Shown here one piece after another: positions 60,650-64,000 of a stretch of DNA of 64,000 bases. The notes below the pieces were generated by a model. The model ran no database searches and had not been told where the DNA came from. It saw nothing but the letters and a program-made list of their open reading frames with translations. The DNA is from the human T2T-CHM13v2.0 reference genome, Homo sapiens. Where the stretch lies: assembly GCF_009914755.1 (NCBI RefSeq), contig NC_060947.1. One strand, 5' to 3'. The position numbers and the translations under genes were made by a program. How positions within the stretch are numbered: position 1 is the first letter of the stretch; every line of letters starts with the position of its first letter.

Positions 60650-61680
60650 TGTTGACAGTCTTTACAATTTAGTATGTTTTTGCAGTGGCTGGTACTGGTT
60701 GATCCTTCCATGTTTAGTGCTTCCTTCAGGAGCTCTTGTAAGGCAGGCCTGGTGGTGACAAAACCTCTCAGCATTTGCTTGTCTGTAAAGGATTTTATTT
60801 CTCCTTTGCCTATGAAACTTAGTTTGGCTGAATATGAAATTCTGGGTTGAAGATTCTTTTCTTTAAGAATGTTGAATATTGGCCCCCACTCTTTTCTGGC
60901 TTGTAGGGTTTCTCCCGAGAGACCTGCTGTTAGTCTGATTGGCTTCCCTTGTAACCCAACCTTTCTCTCTGTCTGCCCTTAATATTTTTTCCTTCATTTC
61001 AACCTTGGTGAATCTGACAATTATGTGTCTTGGGGTTGCTCTTCTCGAGGAGTATGTTTGTGGTGTTTTCTGTATTTCCTGAATTTCAATGTTGGCCTGC
61101 CTTGCTAGATTGGGGAAGTTCTCCTGGATAATATCATGAAGAGTCTTTTCCAACTTGGTTCCATTCTCCCTGTCACTTTCACGTACACCAATCAAATGTA
61201 GTTTTGGTCTTTCCACATAGTCCCATATTTCTTGGAGGTTTTGCTCATTTCTTGTTACTCTTTTTTCTCTAATCTTGTCTTCTTGCTTTATTTTATTGAG
61301 TTGATCTTCAATCTCTGATATCCTTTCTTCTGCTTGATCCATTCAGCTATTGATACCTGTGTATGCTTCACGAAGTTCTTGTGCTGTGTTTTTCAGCTCC
61401 ATCAGGTCATTTATCTTCCTCTCTAAACTGGTTATTCTAGTTAGCAATTCATCTAACCTTTTTTCAAGGTTCTTAGCTTCCTTGCATTGGGTTAGAACAT
61501 GTTCCTTTAGCTTGGAGGAGTTTGTTATTACTCACCTTTTCAAGGCTACTTCTGTTAATTTTTCCAACTCATTCTCTGTCCAGTTTTGTTCCTTTGCTGG
61601 TGAGGAGTTATGATCCTTTGGAGGAGAAAAAGTGTTCGGTTTTTGGAATTTTCAACCTTTTTGTGCTGGTTTCTCCCCAT
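60650..61680 (-). pseudogene. Disrupted L1 ORF1
   Basis: DQAEERISEIED..QNLQEIWDYVERPKLHLIGV..IIQENFPNLARQ..TPRHIIVRF; frameshifted. Confidence 0.9.
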
Positions 61681-63786
61681 CTTCATGGATTTATCTACCT
61701 TTGGTCTTTGAAGTTGGTGACCATCAGCTGAGGTCTCTGATTGGATGTTCTTTCTGTTGATGTTGATACTATTCCTTTCTGTTTGTTAGTTTTTCTTCTA
61801 ACAGTCTGGCTCCTCTGCTGCAGGTCTGCTGGAGTTTTGCTGGAGGTCCACTCCAGACCCTGTTTGCCTGGGTATCACTAGCGGAGGCTGCAGACCAGCA
61901 AAGATTGCTGCCTGTTCTTTCCTCTGGAACCTTTGTCCCAGAGAGACACCTGCCAGATGCCAGCCAGAGCTCTTCTGTATGAGGTATCTGTCAGTTCCTA
62001 CTGGGAGGTGTCTCCCAGTCAGGATACATGAGTGTCAGGGATTCACTTGAGGAGGCAGTCTGTCCCTTATCAGAGCTCAAACGCTGTGGTGGGAGATCTG
62101 CTGCTCTATTCAGAGGTACCAGGCAGGGACGTTTAAATCTGCTGAAGCTGCACCCCCAACTGTTCCTTCCCCCAGGTGCTCTGTCACAAGGAGGTGGGGG
62201 TTTTATCTATAAGTCCCTGACTGGAACTGCTGCCTTTTTTTCAGAGATGCCCTGTGCAGAGAGGAGGGGATCTGGAGAGGCAGGTTGGCCACAGTGGCCT
62301 TGCTGAGCTGCGGTGGGCTCCACCCAGTTCGAACTTTCCAGCAGCTTTGTTTACACTGTAAGGGTAAAACTGCCTACTTAAGCCTCAGCAATGGCATATG
62401 CCACTCCCCCCACCAAGCTCCAGGGTCCCAGGTCAAGCTCAGAGTGGTGTGCTAGCAGCAAGAATTTCAAGCCAGTAGATCTTAGCTTGCTGGGCTCCAT
62501 GGGGTTGGGACCCGCCGAGCCAGACCGGTTGGCCCCCTGGCTTCAGCCTCCTTTCCAAGGGAGTGAATGGTTTTGTCTGGCTGGACTTCTGAGTGCCACT
62601 GAGGCATGAAAAAAAAACAACTTTTGTGGCTAGCTTGGTGTCTGCCCAAACGGCCACCCAGTTTTGTGCTAGAAACCCAGGGCCCTGGTGGCATGGGCAC
62701 TGGAGTGAATCTCCTGGTCTGCGGGTTGTGAAGACCATGGGAAAAGTGCAGTGTCTGTGCTGGAGTGCATGGTATAGTCCCTAATGGCTTCCCTTGGCTA
62801 GGAGAGGGAGTTCCCTGACACCTTGCACTTTCTTGGTGAGGTGACACCCCTACCCTGCTTTGGCTGACCCTCCTTGGGCTGCACCCACTATCCAACCAGT
62901 CCCAGTGAGATGAACCTGGTACCTCAGTTTGAAATGCAGAAATCACCCATCTTCTGCATCGATCTCGCTGGGAGCTGCAGACTGGAACTGCTCCTATTCC
63001 ACCATCTTGCCAGCTTCCCACTTTTTTTTATCTTCACTGTCTTTACTTTTAGTCCACTTGTGGTTTGGGGAGGGTCGGGTGGGCACAGGCACATCATTAG
63101 GGAGAACATGCTTACTTTTCCTAAGAAAATTAGATGGATCCTGGCTGACCCCTGAAGTGCATAATCAGAATCCCCCTCCTCTTTCTGCCCTCCCTATTGC
63201 CATAGGTGGCTGATTACCTCTTTTTCTTGGTGTCCGGTTTCTCCCCATTTTTCATCTCTCCTCCCATTTCCAGAGTCCTTCCCTCCCTTGGCCTTATGTA
63301 CTAGGGACTTGATGGCCCCTTGAAGTGTGCTGATGATATTCAGAGGGCAAGATTTTGCCTGTACCTTTGTTCTCTTTTGCTCCTGCAAGGCTACTTGTGG
63401 ATCAGAGCCCTTGATCCCACTCAGAAAGGACCCCATCAATGAGAAGCTTTTCAGTGGTGTGTCCTTTCACCCGGACGTCACTCATATCTCTTTGTCACTT
63501 GTTGTGTATGTCACCACGCAGTGATACACCCCTGAACTAGATCTTTCAGGACAGCTTTGGTGACACGAAGCTGCCACTTGTTGTTGTTCTTTTTCTCCTC
63601 TTTCTTTCTTCTTCTTCTTCCTTTTTCCTTTCACTTTCAGCTCTCTGCGGGACAAATGTTCTATCGAGACTGCTTCTTCTGCTCATTGGTGATGGGTGTG
63701 TCCCCTTGCAGCACCAGGCCTGGAAGGAGGCTTCACTTTCATTTTTAAAGAAGCAGAGATGAAAGTCACCAGTTCAGTTTCTCTGG

Positions 63787-64000
63787 TGAACAATGAGAAC
63801 ACTTGGACACAGGGTGGGGAACATCACACACCGGGGCCTGTCTTGCTGTGAGGGGAGGGGGAGGGATAGCATTAGAGATATACCTAATGTGAATGATGAG
63901 TTAATGGGTGCAGAACACCAACATGGCACATGTATACATATGTAACAAACCTGCACATTGTGCACATGTACCCTAGAACTTAAAGTATATATATAAAACA
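63787..64000 (+). mobile_element. Short L1PA 3'UTR fragment interrupting monomer R6
   Basis: TGAACAATGAGAACACTTGGACACAGG..GGGATAGCATTAG..GTACCCTAGAACTTAAAGTATA. Confidence 0.93.

Overview
Primate (probably human) non-coding window. About 61 kb (2900-63790) is a macrosatellite of head-to-tail ~5.4-kb GC-rich monomers. A core of ~3.5 near-identical, CpG-rich copies (13081-31787; periods 5408/5402/5403 bp) is flanked on both sides by about 9 diverged, CpG-depleted, partly deleted copies. The diverged copies carry Alu, LTR12 and L1 insertions, including a full-length L1PA on the minus strand; L1 fragments bound the window. Each intact monomer contains a ~47-bp element present twice in inverted orientation ~700 bp apart, each copy holding a CTCF-like core (a divergent pair), with a YY1 motif between them. 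It also has a long CT-rich tract and a CA-rich tract. From recall, monomer size, architecture and motifs best fit the X-linked ICCE/X56 repeat in the NBDY intron (an inactive-X superloop anchor); this is an inference and was not verified by search. No credible protein-coding gene is present; ORFs are L1 remnants or chance frames in repeat sequence. Coordinates were read by eye and boundaries of diverged copies are approximate.
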